From positions 1,259 through 65,258 of the forward strand of contig DATGWP010000239.1 of the NCBI GenBank assembly GCA_035299425.1: a DNA stretch of 64,000 nt. The letters run 5' to 3'. Below the pieces are notes generated by a model. The model did not search any database. It had not been told where the DNA came from and saw nothing but the letters and a program-made list of their open reading frames with translations. The stretch comes from Chitinophagales bacterium (lineage in GTDB: Bacteria; Bacteroidota; Bacteroidia; Chitinophagales; LD1). Within the stretch, counting starts at the first letter, position 1. Each line of letters opens with the position of its first letter. This document shows positions 29,402-38,513 of this stretch, one piece after another. Position numbers and translations under genes: made by a program.

Positions 29402-30880
29402 ATGGCCACACTCAAACAATTACATGAACTAATCCATGCGTTAGACAAAAACGAGAAAAAGTTTTTGAGCTTAATGATTGAAGGTATAGGCGGTAAAGCA
29501 AAAGCACGTTACGCTGATGCTTTTCAAATTATTAACTCGGGCAAAATATATGAATCTGAAAAACTCAGATTGAAACTTGCCGGTGGTGTAAATGGCATGA
29601 ACGTAAGCGAAGCCAATACTAATTTCTATGGTTTCGTATGTAAAGCACTGGTTGCTTATTACGGCACAGAGGCAGGCAACATTGGCATTAATAAAAAAAT
29701 ACTTTTAATAGAAATATTGTGTACTAAAGCCTTGTATGATACAGCAAACAAAATGATTGATGAACTGATACCCATTGTTCAAACCTCAGGAACATTCGCG
29801 ATGCAACACAGATTATTTGAACTAAAAAACAATATTTATATCAATAACAGCAGCCTGAACAAAAAGTATAAAGAACGCTACCAATACTATGATGCCCGTA
29901 TACAAGCCTTACAGGACAATCTTCAATCTGTACAGATAACCAGGCTGAATACTCAATTCTTTGAGTTAGCACATACGGTTGGCGACCCTCGAAACAGTGC
30001 ACAACACCAAAAGTATGTACAACTATCTAAAGACCCTCTACTTCAACTTTCTGTTTCGTCAATCAACAAGCGTTCTTTGGCAACATACATACAACTAAAA
30101 CTATCAATGGAAGTATTGTCGGGCAGCAAAAAAGATGTTTTTGAATTATGCGAGTTATTATTGGATGAAATAAGACACAAATCAGCAGGACAGGAACAAC
30201 TATCCCAGGAATATTTTATTGCCGATTTTATGGCAGGCGAAGCCTTACAACTGGCCATTAAGAAAAAAGCGTATGAAAGTATTCGCATTTTCGAGGATCT
30301 GGATAAAAAGACTTTTAGTAAGGGTATAAAGCAAAAAATACTCGCCCGTACTTTAATGGTACGCCTTACTATTTTTTTATGGGAGAAAGATTATACCGGA
30401 GCAGAAAGGTTACTTAACGATTGTATGGCCGAAGACAAGAAAAAACAATGGACAACTGCTAACCTGGCCTACGTTAATTTCCTTTTGGCTGCACGTATTA
30501 TGTATCTGGCAGGAAAACCAGACAAAGCCCTGGACTACCTGCTTATGATGGAACCTTTTGAAAAGATACTAAGACCTAACATTCACATAAGCTATCGTTT
30601 CCTTTTTTTACTTTGCCACTACAACCTTAAAAACTATCAGTTCCTGACGTATTCTACTGAATCGTTATATAGATTGTTGCTGAAAATGGATAAGCTTTAT
30701 GCACCGGAGCGCGCTTTATTACGGTTTGTTAAAACCGCCAGCAATCCTAATAAACTAAATACTGCAATCAATAAACTTTACAACGAACTTATGATATTGG
30801 AAGCTGATAGATTTAACAAGCCATTTTTTGCTCATGGTGACTATAAACAATGGTTGAGTGCTATGCTGAAACTAAAGTAA
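29402..30880 (+). CDS. all-alpha hypothetical protein (cassette-2 member), divergent from the three-gene adhesin operon
   Basis: The start is moved to ATG 29402 (MATLKQLHELIHALDKNEKKFLSLM). 492 aa, helical/TPR-like composition, no signal peptide. Confidence 0.6.
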   Translation: MATLKQLHELIHALDKNEKKFLSLMIEGIGGKAKARYADAFQIINSGKIYESEKLRLKLAGGVNGMNVSEANTNFYGFVCKALVAYYGTEAGNIGINKKILLIEILCTKALYDTANKMIDELIPIVQTSGTFAMQHRLFELKNNIYINNSSLNKKYKERYQYYDARIQALQDNLQSVQITRLNTQFFELAHTVGDPRNSAQHQKYVQLSKDPLLQLSVSSINKRSLATYIQLKLSMEVLSGSKKDVFELCELLLDEIRHKSAGQEQLSQEYFIADFMAGEALQLAIKKKAYESIRIFEDLDKKTFSKGIKQKILARTLMVRLTIFLWEKDYTGAERLLNDCMAEDKKKQWTTANLAYVNFLLAARIMYLAGKPDKALDYLLMMEPFEKILRPNIHISYRFLFLLCHYNLKNYQFLTYSTESLYRLLLKMDKLYAPERALLRFVKTASNPNKLNTAINKLYNELMILEADRFNKPFFAHGDYKQWLSAMLKLK

Positions 30881-30978
30881 TAAAGCTTTGGTATACATAA
30901 CTCACTTGATCATTTAAACAAAGTCGTACTGATGTATGAATTGAACTGCGAAATCGCAGATTTGACAATGCCTTCAAG

Positions 30979-31086
30979 AGAAAATAAAAAGCGGAATTCT
31001 TCCAAAATTAAGGAGAATTCCGCTCTGGTAGCCTTCAAGGTCGACTTATCGAACCTTTGGAGTGATATTCAAGCAGTTAATTCTTA
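30979..31086 (-). repeat. cassette-boundary repeat, copy C (short F arm, hairpin, core and X arm)
   Basis: The hairpin GCGGAATTCTTC-N9-GGAGAATTCCGC lies at 30991-31023. The core GTAGCC is at 31028. The X arm CTTCAAGGTCGACTTATCGAACCTTTGGAGTGATATTCAAGCAGTTAATTCTT runs to 31086. Confidence 0.8.
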
Positions 31087-31220
31087 TCAATATGTGTTTA
31101 GAAATCTGGCTGCCAAAATCTTAACAAGGCGCTTATTAAGGGTTTATTGAAAAAAAACTAACCCCAGTTTTAAAATCAATCGCGGTGCAATATTTTATTC
31201 TATAAGCAACTCTATTGTGC

Positions 31221-31260
31221 AAAAAAAACAGAGCCCCCTGATGCAATCAGGAAAGCTCTG
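31221..31260 (-). terminator. rho-independent terminator of the 1178-aa gene
   Basis: The minus strand reads CAGAGCTTTCCTGAT-TGC-ATCAGGGGGCTCTG followed by T8, 17 nt after the stop. Confidence 0.8.
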
Positions 31261-31276
31261 CTGAAAGTGGGTGCTC

Positions 31277-34200
31277 TTATTTCCCGGTGGTAGTAACCAG
31301 ACGGCCATTGATTACATCCAGCTGCGCTTGCATGGCTTTAATCATTTCCATTAATTCTTTGTCGCCCGACTGCATTTTTTTAATTGTGGCCTTTAGCGAT
31401 TCATTCTCGTTTGTCAGAGCTGATATTTTTTTATCAAGCTCCTGTGTGGCCGAAACATTGAGCATAGAGATAGCCTCATAATCTACCGATAACAGGTCGC
31501 TAACTTCTGTGCCATAAACAAAAATCTTATCCGATTTTTCAGCCTCTTTGGGCTCTCTAAAGTGAATTGTAAGAGTGTTGCCATTTACTGATTTAATAGT
31601 GCCTTCCTCCTGTTTTGAAAGCTGCGGGTTGGTTTTATCATTCAGGTAAAAACGAATGGCAGCACCAGCAACAATATCGGCCTTATCTTTTTGCAGTATG
31701 GGTGTTGGCAACACCAAAGTAATAATGCTGTCAGTAACAGTAAAATTGCTAACCACTTGGTACAGGTTGGCAATATATCTTTTAGCTGCGGTGTGCATGG
31801 TAGCCTGCGGATATACTTTTTCTATTTGTTGGGCAATAACTTTTTTAAACGGCTTTGTGTTTTCGTGCTTATCGCGTAAGGTATAGTCTGTTATTTCAAT
31901 ACGGTTAAGGGTTTGCAGGTCATCAGCACCTTTGCTTATACCGGCTATATCTTTTAAACGTTCATCGCTGTGTATTACAAAGCCCGAACCGCTGCCTATC
32001 CAGTTATTGGCATATATACTCACGCTGCCGGTAGTAGCATTACTAGAACTAGAAAGGCCAACATTTCCTATTCCAAACCATGTTTCTGCTGAGGTCCAGC
32101 AGGCGCAATAGCCACCTGCGTCTGATACATCAAGCGGAAAGCGGGGAGCCCAGGTGCCAATTCCCACCTGGCCCTGGATAATAGCTCCATTGGTAGGTGC
32201 CGTAAAGGTTCCGGCATAACCCGAGCCTATGGCCATGTTGCCGCGCACATCAAAAATATTATACCTGGTTTGCCCTTGCATTCCTACGCCAAGTGTGCCA
32301 TTAAAATTTCCATCACCTGAAACATGAAATGTAAAAGTGGGGTTATTTGTTCCTATACCTACTAATCCACCATTCGTAAATCTAACAGTTTCGGTTCCTG
32401 CATTACCAAATATAAAACTGCCGGATTGAGTCATAAATATACGATCGCCAGGGATGGAATTGACAAAATAGCCGCCATTTTGGGTGCTAACTGCATCATA
32501 CGCCTTAATTATACCGTTTTTCCGGAAAGTAATTTCCGGATATTCATCGGCATCAACAGCCAGAGTAAACTGAGAAGGGCTTTTGATATGCAATTTTGAA
32601 TTAGGATTTACTGTTCCAATACCCACCTCACCTCCTACGTTATAAATATTTGTAGAGTTGGTAACCCAGGTTGAGCCGTTCCAGTAAGTTGTGCTACCGG
32701 TATCGGTGGCAGCAGCTAAAAAGCCCGTTGCACCTTGTGCGCCTGTTGCGCCCGTTGCACCGGTGGCTCCTGCAGGCCCCTGAGCACCTTGTGCCCCATT
32801 TGTACCATTTGTTCCTGTAGGGCCTGTGGCACCCTGCACACCGGTAGCTCCTACTACACCCTGCACACCGGTTGGTCCTGTTGCGCCCGTTGCACCGGTA
32901 GAGCCTGTAACTCCTGTTACCCCCTGCGGGCCGGTAGGGCCATATATTTGCGGTAGGGCTTGCCATTTTGCTATGCCGCTTGCATCAATAGCAGTTAGCA
33001 CTGAACCGGCTACAGCAGTTCCATCATTTATTTTTACGTTACCGTTTACATCCAACCTGGCTGCCGGCGTAGTGGTGTTAATTCCCATGTTGCCAAGGTA
33101 GTCCACCACTAAAGCTGATCCGGGATTGGTAACATAAGCCTTTAAACCAAAGTCTACATCATGTCCGGTATAATATTGGTAGCTGCTTACTCCACCTGTA
33201 TAAGAGGGCGATGGAAAAGAGTCTACATTGTTAGTGGCCCAAAAGAGTGGATTGATATTGGAATTCAGATAGAAGGAATAAACATCTCCCGCATTCACGT
33301 ACCGGTTTCCGGATAGGATAAACTCGTAATACGTAGGTGTAGTAGTAAGTGTAGCGTTCAGGGTGGTGGAACCCAAATTGTTGCCATTACCATCGGGTCC
33401 GGTAAGCGTGGTAATGGTTAAGTTATAAGGGCCCGGCGTAGTGGTGTAAAGAGGCAAAGCTATTTTAGTTAAGTAGCCCGAACGGGTAAACGTAACCGAT
33501 TGCCATGCATCGTTATAATATTGGGGATTGTTGACGTCCCAGCCCTGCACAAAAGTGTTATCGATGGTATTTGCAACCAAAAGAGTCTGGTTACCTGAGC
33601 TTATGCGGAATGCATCGCCGTAAAAGTCGCTAATGTTTACATCCAATTTTGCAGCAGGGCTTGTAGTACCAACACCCACGCCGCCTCCATTATTATAAAT
33701 ATTACTGTTATTAATCACCCACTGGGTGCCGTTCCAATAAGTTGTATTACCTGCGCTGCTGCCGTTTGCCAGTAAACCGGTTGCACCCGTTACACCTGTT
33801 GGTCCTGTAGCACCCGTTACACCATTCGTTCCATTTGCTCCTGTTGCCCCCGTAGCACCATTCGTTCCATTGGTGCCGTTAGCGCCGGTAGCACCTGTAT
33901 TTCCGGCTACTCCGGCAGGGCCCTGCGTACCGGTGGGGCCTATTGGACCTTGTGGACCGGTTGCACCATTATTTCCATTTGTACCGTTGGCACCTGTGGC
34001 CCCGGTAGTACCAGTATGGCCATTCGCACCGGTTGGGCCTGTTGGTCCCTGCGCACCGGTAGCGCCTGTATTACCATTGCTGCCTTGCGCTCCCGGTTGT
34101 CCTTGTAAGCCCGTGGCACCGGTGGAGCCAGTTATACCCTGTGCACCTGTGGCGCCATTAGTTCCATTTATACCATTTGCGCCGGCTGGGCCTGTTGGTC

Positions 34201-34813
34201 CCTGTGCGCCGGTAGCGCCTGTATTACCATTGCTGCCTTGCGCTCCCGGTTGTCCTTGTAAGCCCGTGGCACCGGTTGGGCCGGTTATACCCTGTGCACC
34301 TGTGGCGCCATTAGTTCCATTTATACCATTTGCGCCAGTTGGGCCTGTTGGTCCCTGTGCGCCGGTGGCCCCAGTGTTTCCTGTTGAACCGGTGGCCCCT
34401 TGTGGACCGCTGCCTCCGTTTGCTACGTCGCCCGCAAATAAGGCATAAGGTACACTCAATAACTGAGAGGTTCCCATATCGGTATAACTAGAACCACCGT
34501 TTACATCTACTTGTACCTGCAAATATTTTGAACCCGTACCCCAGTTAACAGCTGCAAGGTTGCCTGCACTACCAATTATATGAGTAATCAACCCAAACTG
34601 ATTGGTTGTTTCTGTGGCTGTTTCCTGAAAAACAACTGCGCCCGTTGGGGAGCCTTCGTGAATCTGAAACCGTAAAGATACATTTGTACCAGCCGCCAGG
34701 GTATGTCCAGTTGCATCACGGACTACCGCCTGGTAATTAAACTGCTGCGGCACTTGTGCCGTAAGCACCAGCGATAGCGCCACTATTAGATTAGAAAGAA
34801 TAATTTTTTTCAT
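31277..34813 (-). CDS. collagen-like / tail-fibre-like protein with a C-terminal peptidase-S74 intramolecular-chaperone domain
   Basis: 1178 aa with a signal peptide. The N-domain is shared with the 41658 gene. There are two Gly-X-Y regions (about 70 and about 25 triplets). The .GIGT..P..KL.V.G motif occurs four times. [10 protein letters not shown]...[11 protein letters not shown] at aa 949 onward matches the S74 autoproteolysis/chaperone pattern. The tail is a coiled coil. Confidence 0.8.
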   Translation of the reverse strand: MKKIILSNLIVALSLVLTAQVPQQFNYQAVVRDATGHTLAAGTNVSLRFQIHEGSPTGAVVFQETATETTNQFGLITHIIGSAGNLAAVNWGTGSKYLQVQVDVNGGSSYTDMGTSQLLSVPYALFAGDVANGGSGPQGATGSTGNTGATGAQGPTGPTGANGINGTNGATGAQGITGPTGATGLQGQPGAQGSNGNTGATGAQGPTGPAGANGINGTNGATGAQGITGSTGATGLQGQPGAQGSNGNTGATGAQGPTGPTGANGHTGTTGATGANGTNGNNGATGPQGPIGPTGTQGPAGVAGNTGATGANGTNGTNGATGATGANGTNGVTGATGPTGVTGATGLLANGSSAGNTTYWNGTQWVINNSNIYNNGGGVGVGTTSPAAKLDVNISDFYGDAFRISSGNQTLLVANTIDNTFVQGWDVNNPQYYNDAWQSVTFTRSGYLTKIALPLYTTTPGPYNLTITTLTGPDGNGNNLGSTTLNATLTTTPTYYEFILSGNRYVNAGDVYSFYLNSNINPLFWATNNVDSFPSPSYTGGVSSYQYYTGHDVDFGLKAYVTNPGSALVVDYLGNMGINTTTPAARLDVNGNVKINDGTAVAGSVLTAIDASGIAKWQALPQIYGPTGPQGVTGVTGSTGATGATGPTGVQGVVGATGVQGATGPTGTNGTNGAQGAQGPAGATGATGATGAQGATGFLAAATDTGSTTYWNGSTWVTNSTNIYNVGGEVGIGTVNPNSKLHIKSPSQFTLAVDADEYPEITFRKNGIIKAYDAVSTQNGGYFVNSIPGDRIFMTQSGSFIFGNAGTETVRFTNGGLVGIGTNNPTFTFHVSGDGNFNGTLGVGMQGQTRYNIFDVRGNMAIGSGYAGTFTAPTNGAIIQGQVGIGTWAPRFPLDVSDAGGYCACWTSAETWFGIGNVGLSSSSNATTGSVSIYANNWIGSGSGFVIHSDERLKDIAGISKGADDLQTLNRIEITDYTLRDKHENTKPFKKVIAQQIEKVYPQATMHTAAKRYIANLYQVVSNFTVTDSIITLVLPTPILQKDKADIVAGAAIRFYLNDKTNPQLSKQEEGTIKSVNGNTLTIHFREPKEAEKSDKIFVYGTEVSDLLSVDYEAISMLNVSATQELDKKISALTNENESLKATIKKMQSGDKELMEMIKAMQAQLDVINGRLVTTTGK
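34020..34390 (-). repeat. in-frame tandem repeat, 153-nt period, about 2.3 copies (collagen region)
   Basis: GGTAGCGCCTGTATTACCATTGCTGCCTTGCGCTCCCGGTTGTCCTTGTAAGCCCGTGGCACCGGT occurs at 34058 and 34211. The encoded 51-aa unit is [49 protein letters not shown]. Confidence 0.85.
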
Positions 34814-34817
34814 AAAA

Positions 34818-34825
34818 TAATTTTG
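34818..34825 (+). promoter_or_regulatory. candidate -7 promoter box (TAATTTTG) in the divergent intergenic region
   Basis: Exact TAnnTTTG match 108 nt upstream of ATG 34933. A second match, TATTTTTG, lies at 34919-34926. Confidence 0.25.
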
Positions 34826-34932
34826 GGAGGTGGAGAAATTTGATGGAGCAAAGGTAGATGTGCCGCAATTCTATATTCCCTACAAATTCCCTACAGAAAT
34901 CTATTAGGCCGCAGAAGTATTATTTTTGTCCT

Positions 34933-36615
34933 ATGAAAAACGCTCTAAAAGCACTTGAAAGTATTAAGGAATTAATCCCCTCTAACACTCAGGAAGCGAA
35001 TAAGGCTTTGCAAAAATTCACCGCAGGTATAAAAAACACAGGTGGCGGTTTACTAAAGGCCAAAGCAGAACTACTTGGGGAAATGATTGCATTGGATATT
35101 GCTCCTTACGATAAAAGGAAATTCGATGGCAAAAAACTACTTACCTGCTTTAGCAGGGTAAAAAAATACGATGATGCTGCATGGGCACTACTGGCCAGTG
35201 CTGATAATTTTTTTTACCGCGGCAATTTACAGCAGGGAGAAAACTGCCTGCAACAAATACGAGAAAAGTTAGCTGATAAAATTTCGTTAGAAACAGAATC
35301 TACCTACCTGCTGCGGATGGCCCATGTGAGTAATGTAAAAAGGGAATATGCGCAACGTATGTATATAGGCATGCAAGGGTTGGAGAAAATGAAAGCAGCA
35401 GACCATAGAAATACCTGGTGGTATGCTAATTATACCGCCTTCTGTATTGTTATAGCAGATTCGTATTTTCGTAATGACCAGTTTGAAGAAGCATGGCCTT
35501 ATTTACAGGATGCTTTGGAGATTGATAAAACAAAAACGATTTCCACGCGTTTCCGGCAGGATATTTATCATCACATAGCTACTTATTATAGCATAAAAGA
35601 TGATAACAAAACCAGTATAGAGTGGTATGAAAAGGCAATAGACCTTTTAAAAAATGAACACCCAAACCATACCAACCTGGTAGGTTTATACTATCTTATT
35701 TCTTATGGCTGTTTCCTGGCATTTAACCAAACCCCATCGGCGCAAAAAACAACCCGGTCGAAATTGCTTCTAAAAATGGAGCACTGCCTTGACCATTGCG
35801 AAAAAATTGTTTTGAAACTGGATTCTCCCCTGCACATGGCCCATTTACAATCAAGCAGAAGCCGGCTTGAATTGCTTAAAAAGAATTATGGCCAAGCAAT
35901 CCGCCTGTTAAATATAAGTCTGCCGGTGCACCAAAAATTCAACCATTTAAATGGCATTACCGAATATTACCATATTGGTAATAGGATATATTACGAATGG
36001 GCCCGGCAAAAAAACGATCCCCCAAAACTATGGAAGGCTTACAAATACCTGGAAACCTTTAACAGAATAGTGCGTGACAACGCTAAAAAAATCACCCAAA
36101 GGAAACTGGATGCGGTTAGAGATACTTATGAGTTGAAACAGAAGAAACTGAATGAGCAGTTGATGCAACAACAAATTGAAGCCTTAAATAAAGAAATTCA
36201 CCTTGCCACTTTAAACCTGCACGATAAAATTATAGTGCTTGATGAATTGAAGACCTTTGTACAGTCGCTTAGAAAAAAAGACCTTGAAATGCGCCAGCTT
36301 ACTAAATCGATTGTGCAGAAAATTGAATCGGTTAAAATTACGGAGCACGACAAAAACCGCTTACAGCAAAAGCTTACTGAAAGCAACCGTGATTATGATA
36401 AGTTACTTATAGAAAAACATCCTGCGCTAACCAAACTCGAAGTAAATATGTGCAGCCTCTTCCGCACCGGCATAACCGATAAAGAACTGGCCAAACTATA
36501 CGGACAAGGATACAAAAGTTATGAGCAGCACCGTTGGCGGATAAAAAAGAAAATGGGACTGGGGCGTGATGTTAATTTGGTTAAGTACCTGGTGGGCCTG
36601 GGTCGATCATTATAA
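34933..36615 (+). CDS. TPR-like protein with coiled coil and a C-terminal LuxR/GerE-type HTH (putative transcriptional regulator, cassette 3)
   Basis: The start is moved to ATG 34933 (MKNALKALESIKEL). 560 aa with a helical-repeat N-terminal two thirds. The C-terminus LTKLEVNMCSLFRTGITDKELAKLYGQGYKSYEQHRWRIKKKMGL fits the LuxR-type HTH pattern. Confidence 0.65.
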   Translation: MKNALKALESIKELIPSNTQEANKALQKFTAGIKNTGGGLLKAKAELLGEMIALDIAPYDKRKFDGKKLLTCFSRVKKYDDAAWALLASADNFFYRGNLQQGENCLQQIREKLADKISLETESTYLLRMAHVSNVKREYAQRMYIGMQGLEKMKAADHRNTWWYANYTAFCIVIADSYFRNDQFEEAWPYLQDALEIDKTKTISTRFRQDIYHHIATYYSIKDDNKTSIEWYEKAIDLLKNEHPNHTNLVGLYYLISYGCFLAFNQTPSAQKTTRSKLLLKMEHCLDHCEKIVLKLDSPLHMAHLQSSRSRLELLKKNYGQAIRLLNISLPVHQKFNHLNGITEYYHIGNRIYYEWARQKNDPPKLWKAYKYLETFNRIVRDNAKKITQRKLDAVRDTYELKQKKLNEQLMQQQIEALNKEIHLATLNLHDKIIVLDELKTFVQSLRKKDLEMRQLTKSIVQKIESVKITEHDKNRLQQKLTESNRDYDKLLIEKHPALTKLEVNMCSLFRTGITDKELAKLYGQGYKSYEQHRWRIKKKMGLGRDVNLVKYLVGLGRSL

Positions 36616-36726
36616 AAAGACTTTATTAAAGACCGCACCTATGCCGGATGGAATACTACCTTGACAGCAAAGCAAAAATGCAGAGGGCGATGTTTACCGA
36701 TGGTTTAGCCTACAACCACCCAAATC

Positions 36727-36848
36727 ACACTTATGGAACCAAACGCGTGAATTCTGTCATCCTTCAAATCTCACAACTGGCGCAGGCTTCAGCCGAAAAC
36801 AAAAAGCGGAATTCTTCCAAGATTCAGGAGAATTCCGCTCGGGTAGCC
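36727..36848 (-). repeat. cassette-boundary repeat, copy D (F arm, hairpin and core), overlapping the tRNA 3' end
   Basis: It aligns with 18723-18844. The hairpin at 36806-36838 acts as the tRNA terminator on the minus strand (followed by CTTTTTGTTTTC). The core GTAGCC at 36843-36848 is the complement of the acceptor 3' strand plus the discriminator base. Confidence 0.8.
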
Positions 36849-36915
36849 GCGAGCAGAATCGAACTGCTATCTAGAGTTTAGGAAACCCTTGTTCTATCCG
36901 TTGAACTACGTGGCC
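36844..36915 (-). tRNA. tRNA-Arg (anticodon CCT)
   Basis: Hand-folded cloverleaf: GGCCACG-TA-GTTC-AACGGATA-GAAC-A-AGGGT-TTCCTAA-ACTCT-AGAT-AGCAG-TTCGATT-CTGCT-CGCGGCT-A. The D, anticodon and T arms pair. The acceptor stem has G1-U72 and an A5/C68 mismatch. No CCA is encoded. Confidence 0.8.
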
Positions 36916-36995
36916 AGGTGGGGCGAAAATAAAAAATCCTGCTAGTCTGTGGCAATTCAGCCTTTCAACTTTCATTAAACCAATATATTCGCCCC

Positions 36996-38396
36996 ATGAG
37001 TTACAAGAAAGTAGATGCAGCAGATTTAGCGCATTTTAAAACCATAGTAGGAGCGGAGTTTGTTTTTACCGACGATGCCAACATCGAGAAGTTTAGCCGC
37101 GACGAAACGGATGGGGTTAAGTTTCCGCCAGAGGTTGTTATAAAGCCCATTACAGCGCAGGAGATTTCGGCTATTTTGAAATATTGTAACCAGCACCGCA
37201 TACCGGTTTCGCCAAGGGCTGCGGGTACAGGACTTAGCGCTAACAGCCTTTGTGTGCATGGGGGCGTCATGCTATCGATAGAGCGGATGAACAAAATTCT
37301 GAAGATTGATGAGCGCAGTTTGCAGGTAACTACCGAGCCGGCTGTGATTACCGAAGCTCTGCAAAACACATTACAGGAAAAGGGCCTTTTTTACCCGGTG
37401 GACCCCAGCAGCCGCGGCACCAGCTTTATTGGCGGCAATGTGGCCTGCAATAGCGGCGGGCCAAGGGCGGTAAAGTATGGGGTGGTAAAAGATTTTGTGT
37501 TGAACCTGGAAGTTGTATTGCCCAATGGCGAAATAATGTGGACTGGAGCCAACACGCTTAAAAACTCTACCGGCTATAACCTTACACAGCTAATAGTGGG
37601 CAGCGAGGGCACCCTGGCCGTAGTAACCAAAATAGTGCTTAAGCTGTTGCCTTATCCTAAATTCAACAATGTAATGCTGGCGCCTTTTAAAAGTATGGAT
37701 GATGCCAGTGCAGCTGTTAGCGCAGTTTTCAGGGCAGGTATTATACCCAGCTGTATTGAATTTATGGAGCGGGATGCTGTAGAGTATGTAATGAATTTTT
37801 TGGGTGATGTATCAATACCATTGGCCGATGATACCCAGGCAACATTGCTGATAGAAGTGGATGGCAATGATATGGAAACTATACAGAAGGATTGCGAGAA
37901 AATATACGATGTGCTTTCGCAATTTGAAGTAGGTGACATTCTATTTGCCGATAGCGAAGCACAGAAAATTGACCTGTGGCGCATGCGCCGCAATATTGCC
38001 TATGCCGTAAAGAAGACAAATATGACGGTAGAAGAGGATACAGTTGTACCACGCGCCGAACTGCCAGAATTATTGAAGCATATTAAGGAAGTAGGCAAAA
38101 AATGGAACTTCCGTAGCGTATGTTATGGGCATGCCGGCGATGGCAATGTGCATGTGCGCATACTTAAAGACGAGCTAACCGATGACTATTGGAAAAACGA
38201 AGTACCCAAAGGCATACGCGAAATATTTGAAAAGGTAGTTGAATTAGGGGGCACTATTTCGGGCGAGCATGGCATAGGGTGGATACAAATACCCTATATG
38301 GATATTAAGTTTAAAGAAGTGCAGTTGCAGCTAATGCGTAACATTAAACAGGTATTTGACCCTAACAATATACTTAACCCGGGTAAAATATTCTAG
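36996..38396 (+). CDS. FAD-linked oxidase of the GlcD / D-lactate dehydrogenase family
   Basis: 466 aa with an FAD_binding_4 pattern (PRAAGTGLSANS...GGNVACNSGG) and C-terminal GGTISGEHGIGW...LNPGKIF. Confidence 0.85.
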   Translation: MSYKKVDAADLAHFKTIVGAEFVFTDDANIEKFSRDETDGVKFPPEVVIKPITAQEISAILKYCNQHRIPVSPRAAGTGLSANSLCVHGGVMLSIERMNKILKIDERSLQVTTEPAVITEALQNTLQEKGLFYPVDPSSRGTSFIGGNVACNSGGPRAVKYGVVKDFVLNLEVVLPNGEIMWTGANTLKNSTGYNLTQLIVGSEGTLAVVTKIVLKLLPYPKFNNVMLAPFKSMDDASAAVSAVFRAGIIPSCIEFMERDAVEYVMNFLGDVSIPLADDTQATLLIEVDGNDMETIQKDCEKIYDVLSQFEVGDILFADSEAQKIDLWRMRRNIAYAVKKTNMTVEEDTVVPRAELPELLKHIKEVGKKWNFRSVCYGHAGDGNVHVRILKDELTDDYWKNEVPKGIREIFEKVVELGGTISGEHGIGWIQIPYMDIKFKEVQLQLMRNIKQVFDPNNILNPGKIF

Positions 38397-38513
38397 TTGA
38401 TATTAGTCATCATCGAATTGAAACCAAAAAAGGGAGATTCTTACCAAAATCTTGCTTTTTTTGCCTTTGAAAGTTAATTTTGACCTATTACTAAAAACAA
38501 AAAAACAACAATC

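Noticed and set aside
33870-34448. A 192-aa Pro/Val/Ala-rich ORF, and similar ORFs at 32694-33101, 42242-42568 and 42303-42554, lie antisense or out of frame within collagen genes.
   Set aside because: These are the expected shadow frames of GGN-NNN-NNN collagen repeats (antisense gives P-x-x strings). They have no independent start context or signal.
31277-34813. Prophage interpretation of the tail-fibre/S74 gene.
   Set aside because: No capsid, terminase, portal, baseplate, lysis or integrase genes occur within the cassette or its neighbours. The gene has its own signal peptide and terminator.
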